From the NCBI GenBank assembly GCA_964560005.1, contig CAZLKB010000003.1, positions 1-38,711 on the forward strand: DNA of 38,711 nucleotides. The letters run 5' to 3'. This document shows, one piece after another, positions 18,071-27,402 of the stretch. The position numbers were made by a program, and so were the translations under genes. The stretch comes from an uncultured Gammaproteobacteria bacterium (lineage in GTDB: Bacteria; Patescibacteriota; Patescibacteriia; Patescibacteriales; GWC2-42-12). How positions within the stretch are numbered: the stretch's first letter is position 1; the number at the start of each line of letters is the position of its first letter. Below the pieces are notes generated by a model that searched no databases, had not been told where the DNA came from, and saw nothing but the letters and a program-made list of their open reading frames with translations.

Positions 18071-19267
18071 TTATTTATTTACCGCCTGCCTAAACTTTTC
18101 CATAAATATTTTAGCCGCTTCCCGGCGAACCGGATGCACCGATTCAACTAATTTCTCCGCCTCTACCCAGCGCCAACCCGCGTGCTCCCAGTCATTAACT
18201 TTTATCTCGCTATCCTGGCCCATAAACTCGGCGATGAACAGGCTTTGCTTCTGCCCCTTATAACCGCGGGGATTTTTAGTTGAAAATCCATATTTATCAA
18301 GGCGCTTGTCAAATTTATATTTAAATAAATTTTTATAAGCCGCGATTGGTTGGAAATTTATGGTATTTATTTCTTCCTTCAATTCTCTGGCGCCGGCAAT
18401 CGCTAAGCTTTCACCGTCGGTTCCGCCCTGCGGCAGCTGCCAATGCCCTCTATTCCCCACTCGCTCCACAATTAATATTTTATATTTGCCAATCTCCCGC
18501 TTATAAAGCAGGCAAGCTATGTTCGGGCGATAGAACCAGCGTAAAATAAAGAAAAAATACAAAAAACGAAACGGAAACACGATTGTTGCTCGGAAAATTC
18601 TTCCGGCTCGCTTAGGCTGCTTAATTAATCGCCAAAGCCATTCCAATCCGATAAATCTTAAAATCTTTGGCGCCCGCCTGGCTCTACCGGTTAAAAAATC
18701 AAAACTGCCGCCGACCGATAACCCTAATCTGGCAGTTGGAATTTTCGCCAAATTATAATAAATAAATTTTTCTTGATAAGGCGCGCCCAGCGTACAAAAT
18801 ACAATATCCGGTTTAAACTGGTTTATCTTATAAACATCAACCGAGGCTTCGCGCTCAATCGCTTCAACATAAAACTCCAATTCGGGAAATTTTTCTGCTA
18901 CCGCTAATTTTATTTCTTCCGCGCCGGACAGTCCCCTCTTCCAGCTAAACACCGCCACTCTATATTTATTTTCTTCGGCTAATTTCAAGATGTCCAAAGT
19001 AATATCCGCTCCGGTAATCCGTCTAATATTTTTCCGAAAAAACCAACCGGCTAGTTTTAGCGCGATGCCGTCGGCCAGAGCCAGGTCGGCGTGGTTCAGG
19101 ATATACCATAATTCTTCGTGGTGGCGAGTGGCATGTAAAATTATTTCCGGATTTGGCGTAACCATTATATGCTGTTTCCGACCAAGTAAAAATTCCCTGA
19201 TTTTATCTAAAACTTCACACTTATTAATATTAGTAATATTTACGCCTAAAATATTGATTTTTTCCAT
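18071..19267 (-). CDS. WecB/TagA/CpsF glycosyltransferase fused to a C-terminal Nudix domain
   Basis: 'TPNPE', 'ADG', 'LGAPYQEKF', 'VGGSFDFL.G...RAP' and 'GLEWLWRL..QP.R', then 'HWQLPQGGTDGE.......RELKEE'. Confidence 0.88.
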   Translation of the reverse strand: MEKINILGVNITNINKCEVLDKIREFLLGRKQHIMVTPNPEIILHATRHHEELWYILNHADLALADGIALKLAGWFFRKNIRRITGADITLDILKLAEENKYRVAVFSWKRGLSGAEEIKLAVAEKFPELEFYVEAIEREASVDVYKINQFKPDIVFCTLGAPYQEKFIYYNLAKIPTARLGLSVGGSFDFLTGRARRAPKILRFIGLEWLWRLIKQPKRAGRIFRATIVFPFRFLYFFFILRWFYRPNIACLLYKREIGKYKILIVERVGNRGHWQLPQGGTDGESLAIAGARELKEEINTINFQPIAAYKNLFKYKFDKRLDKYGFSTKNPRGYKGQKQSLFIAEFMGQDSEIKVNDWEHAGWRWVEAEKLVESVHPVRREAAKIFMEKFRQAVNK

Positions 19268-19273
19268 GATCTA

Positions 19274-19302
19274 ATTATACCTAAATAATACTTTTTATGC
19301 AA
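19274..19302 (-). promoter_or_regulatory. Sigma70 promoter, predicted leaderless start of the TagA-Nudix gene
   Basis: TTGCAT-17 nt-TATAAT, ending 6 nt before ATG 19267. Confidence 0.7.
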
Positions 19303-19384
19303 TTTATTCATAAAAACTTGCAATTTTTATTAAATTATGTCAATATATATATCAAGAAAACAAAATCAACAAACAAACAAAAAA

Positions 19385-19618
19385 ATGAGCAGAAACATTG
19401 ATCGAGGTCAGGTTGCTTTCGAAAACTATCTGAAAAAAACAGTCGTTGAGCATCCGCTACCATGGAGGGCATGCTACCAGTTCCAGAAAAAGGAATGGGT
19501 TGTAGTGGCATCAGACCGTCAGACCGTGGTGGTAGGTTGCGCCGATTGGGCAGAGGCGCAGGCTACTGCTAATTATGTGAACGGAACCCTCATACTAGAT
19601 GTCTTACCGCCGCATTAA
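19385..19618 (+). CDS. Small hypothetical protein, 77 aa (start re-called at 19385)
   Basis: A CAA-rich leader precedes ATG 19385 and the ORF has its own terminator. Confidence 0.6.
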   Translation: MSRNIDRGQVAFENYLKKTVVEHPLPWRACYQFQKKEWVVVASDRQTVVVGCADWAEAQATANYVNGTLILDVLPPH

Positions 19619-19638
19619 ATCGCGGCCTAAACAACAAC

Positions 19639-19667
19639 ACCGCTGACCTAAGGTTGGCGGTTTTTTT
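19639..19667 (+). terminator. Intrinsic terminator
   Basis: ACCGCTGACC-TAA-GGTTGGCGGT followed by a T run. Confidence 0.8.
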
Positions 19668-19710
19668 ATTTTTCAAACTAATTTTTTACATTTTATTATC
19701 CGGTTAATTA

Positions 19711-19719
19711 TGATATAAT
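19711..19719 (+). promoter_or_regulatory. Extended -10 promoter (TG-A-TATAAT), predicted leaderless start
   Basis: The hexamer ends 6 nt before ATG 19726. Confidence 0.65.
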
Positions 19720-19725
19720 AGCCTC

Positions 19726-20799
19726 ATGCAAGAAGCTAAATTTTATAAAAAATTACCCGATAAAACCGCGGCCTGCGAACTGTGTTGCCATTATTGCATT
19801 ATCAAGGAGGGAGCGGCTGGCATTTGCGGCGCCAGAAAAAATTTAAACGGAACGCTATACTCCTTGGTTTATGGCTATCCGGCGGCTATAAATATTGATC
19901 CGATTGAAAAAAAACCTTTGTTTCATTTTTTACCCGGCAGTTCAACTTTTTCTTTGGGCACATTAGGCTGTAATTTTAAATGCTCTAACTGCCAAAATTG
20001 GGAGATCAGCCAAATCCCCCCTAGTCCCCTCCGCCAGAGGCGGATAAATTTATCAAGGGAGAAAATTCAACCCTCTCTCACCCCACTTTTCAAGAAGGGC
20101 AATGCAATCGTTGAACCGCAAAAAATTGTTCAACAAGCCGTTGAATCAGGCTGCCGATCCATCGCTTATACTTACAACGAGCCTACCATTTTCGCCGAAT
20201 ACGCCCTGGACATCATGAAGCCGGCCAAACAAAATAATTTAAAAAATGTCTGGGTGTCTAACGGTTATATGAGCGATTCATGCTTAGAAGCCCTTATCCC
20301 TTATCTTGACGCGATCAATGTTGATGTAAAATCAATGGACGAAAAATTTTATAAAAAAACTTGCGGCGCCAAGCTTGAACCGGTGCTACAAAATTTATTA
20401 AACATAAAAAAAGCCGGTATTCACCTGGAAATAACCACCTTGATTATTCCAAAATTATCAGATGATCCGGCCATGCTTAAAGAATTGGCTGAATTTATCG
20501 CTCAAAAATTAGGCCCTGAAACCCCCTGGCATTTATCAAAATTCTCGCCCGAGGTGTCGTGGAAATTAAAACGGTCTTCCGCTACCGCGGAAAAAGTTGT
20601 GCTGGCGGGATGCGAAATCGGCAAACGAGCCGGCTTAAAATATGTCTACGCGGGCAATCTTTATAATTCTGACAAGGAAAATACTTATTGCCCTAAATGC
20701 GGACAATTAGCCATAAAAAGGCTGGGATATGACATAACCGAATATGATAATGATGGAAAGTGTCAAAAATGCCATCTGGATTTAAATATAATTACTTGA
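19726..20799 (+). CDS. amrS: AmmeMemoRadiSam system radical SAM enzyme
   Basis: N-terminal CxxCxxxC, 'DPIEKKPLFHF.PG', CNFKCSNC radical SAM motif, 'YTYNEP' and C-terminal CPxC. Confidence 0.92.
   Translation: MQEAKFYKKLPDKTAACELCCHYCIIKEGAAGICGARKNLNGTLYSLVYGYPAAINIDPIEKKPLFHFLPGSSTFSLGTLGCNFKCSNCQNWEISQIPPSPLRQRRINLSREKIQPSLTPLFKKGNAIVEPQKIVQQAVESGCRSIAYTYNEPTIFAEYALDIMKPAKQNNLKNVWVSNGYMSDSCLEALIPYLDAINVDVKSMDEKFYKKTCGAKLEPVLQNLLNIKKAGIHLEITTLIIPKLSDDPAMLKELAEFIAQKLGPETPWHLSKFSPEVSWKLKRSSATAEKVVLAGCEIGKRAGLKYVYAGNLYNSDKENTYCPKCGQLAIKRLGYDITEYDNDGKCQKCHLDLNIIT
20014..20100. repeat. In-frame palindromic insertion after the radical SAM cluster motif
   Basis: CCCCCCTAGTCCCCT...TTATCAAGGGAG-type element with nested TCCGCC-AGA-GGCGGA (20030-20044), and a second CCCTCTCTCACCCC...AAGAAGGG unit. 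Confidence 0.65.
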
Positions 20800-20824
20800 C
20801 AATTAAACTTAGGTGAATTATATT
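20796..20824 (+). promoter_or_regulatory. Sigma70 promoter for clpB
   Basis: TTGACA-17 nt-TATATT. Confidence 0.8.
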
Positions 20825-20828
20825 GAAT

Positions 20829-20855
20829 TTAGCACTCCGAGCTTGAGAGTGCTAA
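20829..20855. promoter_or_regulatory. CIRCE element (HrcA operator)
   Basis: Exact TTAGCACTC-N9-GAGTGCTAA just downstream of the -10, upstream of a chaperone gene. Confidence 0.96.
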
Positions 20856-20884
20856 TATAAATGTAAAGTGTAAAAATCAAAGTG

Positions 20885-20941
20885 AAAAATGCTAGCTCCG
20901 CTAGCACCCCGCAGATGCGGGGTCATTGCAGAGCAATGACA
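20885..20941 (+). repeat. 57-bp triple-hairpin repeat, copy 1, within an AT-rich quasi-palindrome
   Basis: Identical to 34280-34336. Confidence 0.92.
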
Positions 20942-21031
20942 ATGCAAAATTAAAAATTAGAACAATTAAAAATTTTACATTTTTAAACTGTCATTTTACA
21001 TTTTGATATTTAAATTTTAAACTTTAAACAT

Positions 21032-23665
21032 ATGTTTGACAAATTTACTCATAAATCCCAGGAAGCCATTATCAACGCCCAGATAATCGCCCAAGATAAC
21101 GGCCAGCAGCAAATTGAGGCTCTGCATGTCTTGGCTTCGCTATTAACCCAAAGCGAAAGCTTGATCAAGCCTATTCTGGAACGGTTAAATATTAATTTTA
21201 AAACCATACAACAAAATACCATCGGCTTCATAAACAAGTTGCCTAAGACTTCTATCTCCGCCAATGTCGGTACGGTTCAAGGCACGGCTGAAGTAGCCAT
21301 GATTCTTGAACGATCAAAAAAAGAAGCTGATAAAATCGGCGATGAATATATTTCCACCGAGCATTTATTCTTGGCCCTGATCGGTATTAAGTCAAAGGCT
21401 CAAGAGATTTTAATTAACGCCGGCGTAGCTTACGAAGAAGTTCTAAAAATCTTAGCCAAACTAAGGGGCTCCTCGACCATTACCGACCCGGAGCCGGAAT
21501 CAAAATTCCGAGTCTTGGAAAAATACGCGATTAATTTAACCGAGCAGGCGCGCCAGGAAAAATTGGATCCGGTCATCGGCCGGGACGATGAAATCAGGCG
21601 CATTATGCAGGTTCTCTCCAGGCGCACTAAGAATAATCCGGTTTTAATCGGCGAAGCCGGAACCGGCAAAACCGCCATTGTTGAAGGCCTGGCGCAAAGG
21701 ATAATCTCCGGAGATGTGCCGGAAACCCTAAAAGGCAAAGAACTGATTAGCTTGGATCTGGGCGCCTTGGTGGCCGGTTCAAAATTCAGAGGTGAATTTG
21801 AAGACAGATTAAAAGCGGTTTTAAAAGAAATTAAAGCCCAAGGCGGCAATATTATCTTGTTTATTGACGAATTACACACCTTGGTGGGCGCCGGCGCGTC
21901 CGAAGGCTCTATGGACGCCTCTAATATGCTTAAACCGGCCTTAGCGCGCGGCGAGCTTAGGGCTGTGGGCGCGACTACCACCAAGGAGTTTCAAAAATAT
22001 ATTGAAAAAGACACGGCTTTAGAAAGACGCTTCCAGCCGATTTATGTTTCCGAACCGACGATTGAAGATACTATTACCATGCTAAGAGGCATAAAAGAAA
22101 AATATGAAGTCCATCACGGCGTGCGCATTACCGATAATGCCCTGGAAGCCGCCGCCAAGCTGTCGTCTCGCTATATTACCGATAGATTCCTGCCCGATAA
22201 AGCCGTGGATCTGGTTGACGAAGCTTCTTCGGCTTTGCGCATGGAAATAGATTCCTCTCCTTATGAGCTGGATGTTTTAAAGCGTGAAGTTAAAAAATTA
22301 GAAATTGAAAAAGCCGGCCTTTTAAAAGAAAACCGCCCCTCCGGCAAACTTAAAGAAATCAACAAAAGATTGGCTCAGATCAAAGAGCAGGCCAACCAGT
22401 TGGAACTCCACTGGCACAACGAAAAAAACGCTATTGCTAAGATCAGACAGTCTAAAAAGCAAATTGACGAGCTTAAAGCTAAAGCGGAAATCATTGAACG
22501 CCGCGGCGACGATCTCACCCAAGTGGCTGAAATTCTGTATTCAAAAATTCCGACCCTGAAGCAGGAAATCAAGCATCAAGAAACCGAGCTGGTTAAAATT
22601 CAAAGCGCCGGCCAGAGAATTTTAAAAGAAGAAGTCTCCGAGGAAGACATCGCTAAAGTTGTCTCGCGCTGGACCGGCATACCGGTAGCAAAAATGCTGG
22701 AATCGGAAATAAAAAAACTGGCCAAAGCCGAAGAAGTTTTAGCTAAAAGGGTGATCGGCCAGGATAGCGCGATTAAATCGGTAGCCAACGCCATCAGGCG
22801 CTCTCGCGCCGGCATCAGCGAGGAAAAAAAACCGATTGGCTCCTTTATGTTCGTCGGACCGACCGGAGTCGGCAAAACCGAACTGGCAAAAGCCTTGGCC
22901 GAATTTATGTTTAACGACGAAAGCGCTTTAATCAGGCTTGATATGAGCGAATTTATGGAAAAGCATTCGGTGGCGAAAATAATCGGCTCCCCTCCCGGCT
23001 ATGTCGGCCACGACGAAGGCGGACAGCTAACCGACAAAATCAGGCGCCGGCCTTATAGCGTGGTGCTATTTGATGAAATTGAAAAAGCCCATCCGGAATT
23101 TTTTAATATTTTGCTCCAAATTTTAGACGATGGCAGGCTGACTGATTCAAAAGGCAGAATAGTGAACTTTAAAAACGCCATCATTATCATGACCTCTAAT
23201 TTAGGCAACGAAATTATTAAAGAATATTCCATCGGTTTTACCGATACCACCGACGAGAAAAAAACCGCTGATTTACGGACCGATGAAATGAAAGAAAAAA
23301 TCGATCACATACTTAAAGACCATTTTAAGCTGGAATTTTTAAACCGCGTTGATGAAATCGTAATATTTAAGAGCTTAAACAAGGAAGTATTATCTAAAAT
23401 CGTTGATCTGGAGCTGGGCAAGGTTGAAAGAAGATTAGAAAATAAAATAATTAACCTGAAAATAGCGGCTAAAGTCAAAAAGATGCTCTTGGAAAAAGGC
23501 TATGATTTGACTTATGGCGCCCGACCGCTGAAACGGGTGATCCAAAATATGATACTGGACGAGCTGGCGCTGGAAATCATTGAGGGCAAAATTAAGGCCG
23601 GCGATAAGGTTGAAATTGATTTGGGGTTTAAAGATAAAATCACTTTAGCGGTAATGAAAAAATAA
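21032..23665 (+). CDS. clpB: ATP-dependent chaperone ClpB
   Basis: Clp N-domain, two AAA+ modules (GEAGTGKT, GPTGVGKT), coiled-coil middle domain and upstream CIRCE. Confidence 0.96.
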   Translation: MFDKFTHKSQEAIINAQIIAQDNGQQQIEALHVLASLLTQSESLIKPILERLNINFKTIQQNTIGFINKLPKTSISANVGTVQGTAEVAMILERSKKEADKIGDEYISTEHLFLALIGIKSKAQEILINAGVAYEEVLKILAKLRGSSTITDPEPESKFRVLEKYAINLTEQARQEKLDPVIGRDDEIRRIMQVLSRRTKNNPVLIGEAGTGKTAIVEGLAQRIISGDVPETLKGKELISLDLGALVAGSKFRGEFEDRLKAVLKEIKAQGGNIILFIDELHTLVGAGASEGSMDASNMLKPALARGELRAVGATTTKEFQKYIEKDTALERRFQPIYVSEPTIEDTITMLRGIKEKYEVHHGVRITDNALEAAAKLSSRYITDRFLPDKAVDLVDEASSALRMEIDSSPYELDVLKREVKKLEIEKAGLLKENRPSGKLKEINKRLAQIKEQANQLELHWHNEKNAIAKIRQSKKQIDELKAKAEIIERRGDDLTQVAEILYSKIPTLKQEIKHQETELVKIQSAGQRILKEEVSEEDIAKVVSRWTGIPVAKMLESEIKKLAKAEEVLAKRVIGQDSAIKSVANAIRRSRAGISEEKKPIGSFMFVGPTGVGKTELAKALAEFMFNDESALIRLDMSEFMEKHSVAKIIGSPPGYVGHDEGGQLTDKIRRRPYSVVLFDEIEKAHPEFFNILLQILDDGRLTDSKGRIVNFKNAIIIMTSNLGNEIIKEYSIGFTDTTDEKKTADLRTDEMKEKIDHILKDHFKLEFLNRVDEIVIFKSLNKEVLSKIVDLELGKVERRLENKIINLKIAAKVKKMLLEKGYDLTYGARPLKRVIQNMILDELALEIIEGKIKAGDKVEIDLGFKDKITLAVMKK

Positions 23666-23687
23666 TTAATGAAAGGTTGCCATCAAT

Positions 23688-23718
23688 AATATAGCCGCCG
23701 AATATCGGCGGCTATATT
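23688..23718. terminator. Bidirectional terminator between convergent genes
   Basis: Perfect 14-bp stem AATATAGCCGCCGA / TCGGCGGCTATATT. Confidence 0.85.
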
Positions 23719-23752
23719 TATATTTTACTATTTTACCGAAAGACTAAAGGTT

Positions 23753-26700
23753 TTACCGTTTCGCGCCCGAATAAGCGATTGCGCGCACGATGTCCCAATC
23801 AACGGCTGATACCGGAGCGCGCCGAAAGAAATGCTTATAGGCTAAAATCGCGGCTTTTTCCGAGTTTAAATTGCGCTGGCTCGGCCTTAAGCCGTAAGCG
23901 ATCACCGTCACGGCCGCGTTCTCATTGGCGTTGGCCATATTGGCGCCGCGGCCATAGACTTGCTTAAAGAAAATATTGGCTTGATTTTGCGCCTTGTCGC
24001 TGCGCTGGTTGGGCCATCTGCCATTAGCGATTTTTATCGCGTCTTGCCAGGTTTCCGGGCTATTTGGCAATTTGCCAAAAGCCGAGAGATAGGAATTTAA
24101 GACGCCGGCTCTTTCACCCGCGCCCAGCTTAACGGTTGACGGCGTGCCAAAATGAAGAAAATAAGCAATGGCATATTTATCCTGATTGGATAATGGGTTA
24201 GGACTTTTTTTACTGATTAAATCATAGAGAGCTTTAGTCGTCGCCGACAAGTCAACCGGCCGGTTATATTCAAAAACCGCGGCCGCGTCGGAAAAAATTT
24301 GTTCTAACTGCGTAAGCGCCGGGGCGGCAGCCGGCTCGGGATTATCAATTTTTTCCCCAAGGACTATAATGTCGCAGACTTTTGAACTGTCCAGCTGCTG
24401 CGCCGTAGTCAGAGTGCAGCCGGCCGGCAGGCTGGTTGAAGCCGTACGATATTGACGGCCGCCAACGCATAAACCCCAATCTCCGTATGTAACATTGGTA
24501 CAGTAAGTGGTCTGCGAACCTCCTCCACCACCACCACCACCACCACCTCCGCCACCACCACCACCACCTCCGCCACCACCGCCGCCTGATTGGGTGGTAG
24601 CGGAAACCTGGCTGGATTTAGCTGATATGTTATTAGATGCGTCATAAGCAGACACGGAATAAGTGTAAGCTGTGCCGGCAGCTAAACCGGTATCAGAGTA
24701 GCTATTGGCTGTTGAAGTGGCGACTTGAATGTTGTTTCTAAAAAATTTGTAGCCGGTTACGCCAATATTATCAGTTGACGCGCTCCAGCTCAAATTAATC
24801 TGAGAAGTTGAAATCACCGTTGCGGTTAGGTTGGCCGGTACGGACGGAGCGGTGCTGTCAAAACTGACTGTTACTATATAAGCTTGAGTTGAGTTATCAG
24901 CCGCCGTGACTGTATAGGTAACCGGATCAGTGAAATCCTGCAATGCTCCGGAGGCCGGACTAACTGAAGCCCCGCTAGAAGTCGCGATGGTCGGTGCTAG
25001 GGCTGTAACATCCGTTCCTAAAGGTACAGTTACAGCGATAGTGTGGGCAGTTTCATCAATTACGCCGGTTGCGGCCGGAGAAGCGAAGCTGAAGGCGGTA
25101 ATGGCCTTGGCCGGATTAGCCGCTACTGTTACCGTAACGACATAAGCTTGAGTTGAACTGTCAGCCGCAGTAACTGTATAGGTGACCGGATTGGTAAAAT
25201 TTGTGGCTGCGCCTGAAGCCGGGCTGACCGAGGCGCCGGTAATTGTAATAGTAGGTGTCAGCGAAGTCACGGCCGTGCCGAAAGGCACGCTAACCGCGAT
25301 GGTTTTCGCGCCTTCGTTGATTACGCCGGTTGCGGCCGGAGAAGCGAAGCTGAAGGCGGTAATGGCCTTGGCCGGATTAGCCGCTACTGTTACCGTAACG
25401 ACATAAGCTTGAGTTGAACTGTCAGCCGCAGTAACTGTATAGGTGACCGGATTGGTAAAATTTGTGGCTGCGCCTGAAGCCGGGCTGACCGAGGCGCCGG
25501 TAATTGTAATAGTAGGTGTCAGCGAAGTCACGGCCGTGCCGAAAGGCACGCTAACCGCGATGGTTTTCGCGCCTTCGTTGATTACGCCGGTTGCGGCCGG
25601 AGAAGCGAAGCTGAAGGCGGTAATGGCCTTGGCCGAGCTTTGCGGAGCGGTATAAGTAACTGTGATTGAATCAGTCGCCGTATTGCCGGCCGCGTCGCGC
25701 GCGGTAAAAGTAATTATGTTATCGCCGCTGATTAAACCCACGCTGGCCGTCCAGTCGGTCGTGCCGCTGGAGGAACCGCTCAGGCCGCGGTTGCTTACCC
25801 AGGTAACTGAAGTAACGCCAACGTTATCTGCAGCCGTGCCGCCGATGGCCAGAGGCGTAACCGCGGTACTATAGGTTGAATTGCTGGTTGGCGAAGTAAT
25901 GGAAATTCCCGGATTAACATTATCAACAATCGTTACTGTGGCAGATTCCCAGGTAGCGGGTATTAAATCATAAGACGGCCAGGAGACATATAAAGCGCTA
26001 AAAACCTCATCAAATGTAAAATTATTACTGCCGATTGAGTCGGCGGTAAAATTTAAAACAATTATATCGGCTGAACCATTAACTGCTTGCGGTGAATCAA
26101 TATTTGAATTGGCTAATACATTCACGCAACTTGGAGTTATATTAAAATCTATATCATAGCAATCACCGAGATAAACATCCCAGCCGCTATCAATCATGTC
26201 TTGCGGTATATTAAAATCAATGTAACTTAATTTTGTATTATCGTAATTAATGTTTACATACAGGTTATCTAAATCAGTAACATTGCCGACCCTTAAAGTA
26301 ACGGTAAGACTATCTCCTAAATTTACATTTTGGCTGGCCGGATTCAATGAAACAACCGCCAGAGCTGGCGCGTAAGTTATGGTTACTGTTTCGGCCGCGG
26401 TATTGCCGGCCGTATCGGTAGCGGTTACCGTAATGACATTATCGCCAACCGACAAAGGCGCGTCAAAAGTCCAGTCGCCGGAACTTAAAGTGGCTGTTCC
26501 GCTGCCGCCCTGGTCGTTGGACCAGGCGACTTGATCGACCTCAACATTATCCGCGGCCGTGCCGGTGATAGTAACCGGCGAGGCATCGGTTGAACCCGCC
26601 GCCGTGCTGATGGCTAAAATCGGATCAATCGCGTCGGCGGCCGCCACCGTGATTGCCTGGCTTAGGCTGGCGTTAAGGGAAGCTTCTTCGGATGTGGAAG

Positions 26701-27145
26701 TATCATAATATTCAATATCTACAAAAGTTAATAAAGTGGCGCCGGCGCCGGCTGCGGTAAAATTCAGCCTGGCTAAAATTGTGGGCGTGCTTACCTCCAA
26801 AGGCCCGCAGCCTTGACGAAAGACCTGGACAAAAATAGTACCGGTTTCCGCGTTATACGGATCCGACCAGGCTACGGCGCCTCCGGTACAGCCTCCGGAA
26901 AGCGATCCGGCCGATACTTCCACGCTGGTTAAATCAATTAATGAGCTATCAAAGCTGATTTCAAAGTTTCCGTTATAAAAAGTAGTGTCAGCGGATTGCG
27001 CCACGATATCAGCCGTAAAGTTCTGGCCAACCACCAAGTTTTGATGGTTTAAATTAAAACTTAAATCAGTTGCCGCTGAAACTGATTTAGGCAGAATAAA
27101 AAATAAAGATAACAGAAAAAATGAGATTACTATTGATTTTTTCAT
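23753..27145 (-). CDS. Large secreted modular surface protein (two cohesin-like, Ig-like, three beta-repeat and FN3 domains, poly-Gly linker, Cys module, C-terminal domain)
   Basis: Signal peptide, 'V..G..FT..I......I.FD...L...V' cohesin-like pattern twice, 'ITGTAADNV.V..V.W' Ig repeats, 'AKAITAFSF' repeats and 'PSVPANLTA...INLSW.ASTDN.GV.GY' FN3. Confidence 0.85.
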   Translation of the reverse strand: MKKSIVISFFLLSLFFILPKSVSAATDLSFNLNHQNLVVGQNFTADIVAQSADTTFYNGNFEISFDSSLIDLTSVEVSAGSLSGGCTGGAVAWSDPYNAETGTIFVQVFRQGCGPLEVSTPTILARLNFTAAGAGATLLTFVDIEYYDTSTSEEASLNASLSQAITVAAADAIDPILAISTAAGSTDASPVTITGTAADNVEVDQVAWSNDQGGSGTATLSSGDWTFDAPLSVGDNVITVTATDTAGNTAAETVTITYAPALAVVSLNPASQNVNLGDSLTVTLRVGNVTDLDNLYVNINYDNTKLSYIDFNIPQDMIDSGWDVYLGDCYDIDFNITPSCVNVLANSNIDSPQAVNGSADIIVLNFTADSIGSNNFTFDEVFSALYVSWPSYDLIPATWESATVTIVDNVNPGISITSPTSNSTYSTAVTPLAIGGTAADNVGVTSVTWVSNRGLSGSSSGTTDWTASVGLISGDNIITFTARDAAGNTATDSITVTYTAPQSSAKAITAFSFASPAATGVINEGAKTIAVSVPFGTAVTSLTPTITITGASVSPASGAATNFTNPVTYTVTAADSSTQAYVVTVTVAANPAKAITAFSFASPAATGVINEGAKTIAVSVPFGTAVTSLTPTITITGASVSPASGAATNFTNPVTYTVTAADSSTQAYVVTVTVAANPAKAITAFSFASPAATGVIDETAHTIAVTVPLGTDVTALAPTIATSSGASVSPASGALQDFTDPVTYTVTAADNSTQAYIVTVSFDSTAPSVPANLTATVISTSQINLSWSASTDNIGVTGYKFFRNNIQVATSTANSYSDTGLAAGTAYTYSVSAYDASNNISAKSSQVSATTQSGGGGGGGGGGGGGGGGGGGGGGGSQTTYCTNVTYGDWGLCVGGRQYRTASTSLPAGCTLTTAQQLDSSKVCDIIVLGEKIDNPEPAAAPALTQLEQIFSDAAAVFEYNRPVDLSATTKALYDLISKKSPNPLSNQDKYAIAYFLHFGTPSTVKLGAGERAGVLNSYLSAFGKLPNSPETWQDAIKIANGRWPNQRSDKAQNQANIFFKQVYGRGANMANANENAAVTVIAYGLRPSQRNLNSEKAAILAYKHFFRRAPVSAVDWDIVRAIAYSGAKR
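24518..24586 (-). repeat. Microsatellite encoding 23 consecutive Gly
   Basis: 69 nt of (CCA/CCT/CCG)n on plus. Confidence 0.95.
25059..25635. repeat. Apparently perfect 261-bp tandem repeat (about 2.2 copies) within the surface protein gene
   Basis: ATTACGCCGGTTGCGG recurs at 25059, 25320 and 25581. No differences found by eye. Confidence 0.9.
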
Positions 27146-27228
27146 ATTTTTTTATTATAATCTTAGTTAAATTTGATAATTAGGCTAACTTTAAATAAAA
27201 ATTTAATATAAATAATTATTATCTAGAT

Positions 27229-27257
27229 ATATTAACATACATTAATTATCTTGTCAA
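27229..27257 (-). promoter_or_regulatory. Sigma70 promoter for the surface protein
   Basis: TTGACA-17 nt-TAATAT with an extended TG. Confidence 0.7.
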
Positions 27258-27360
27258 GGGTAGGTGATTTATCCAGGAACTTCAGGAATAATCTGCGGTA
27301 AATGCACTAAATTTATTAAAAACTGTTTAATTTAAGCTATTTTTTAAATTATTATTATAT

Positions 27361-27395
27361 AAAAAAGCCGTGGATGATTATCAATCTTCCACGGC
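27361..27395 (-). terminator. Intrinsic terminator
   Basis: GCCGTGGA/TCCACGGC stem with a minus-strand U tract. Confidence 0.75.
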
Positions 27396-27402
27396 GCGAT
27401 GA

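Noticed and set aside
25059-25635. CRISPR array or DGR template/variable repeat
   Set aside because: The units are contiguous, in-frame 261-bp coding repeats with no spacers and no adenine-specific differences. No cas or reverse transcriptase gene is in the window.
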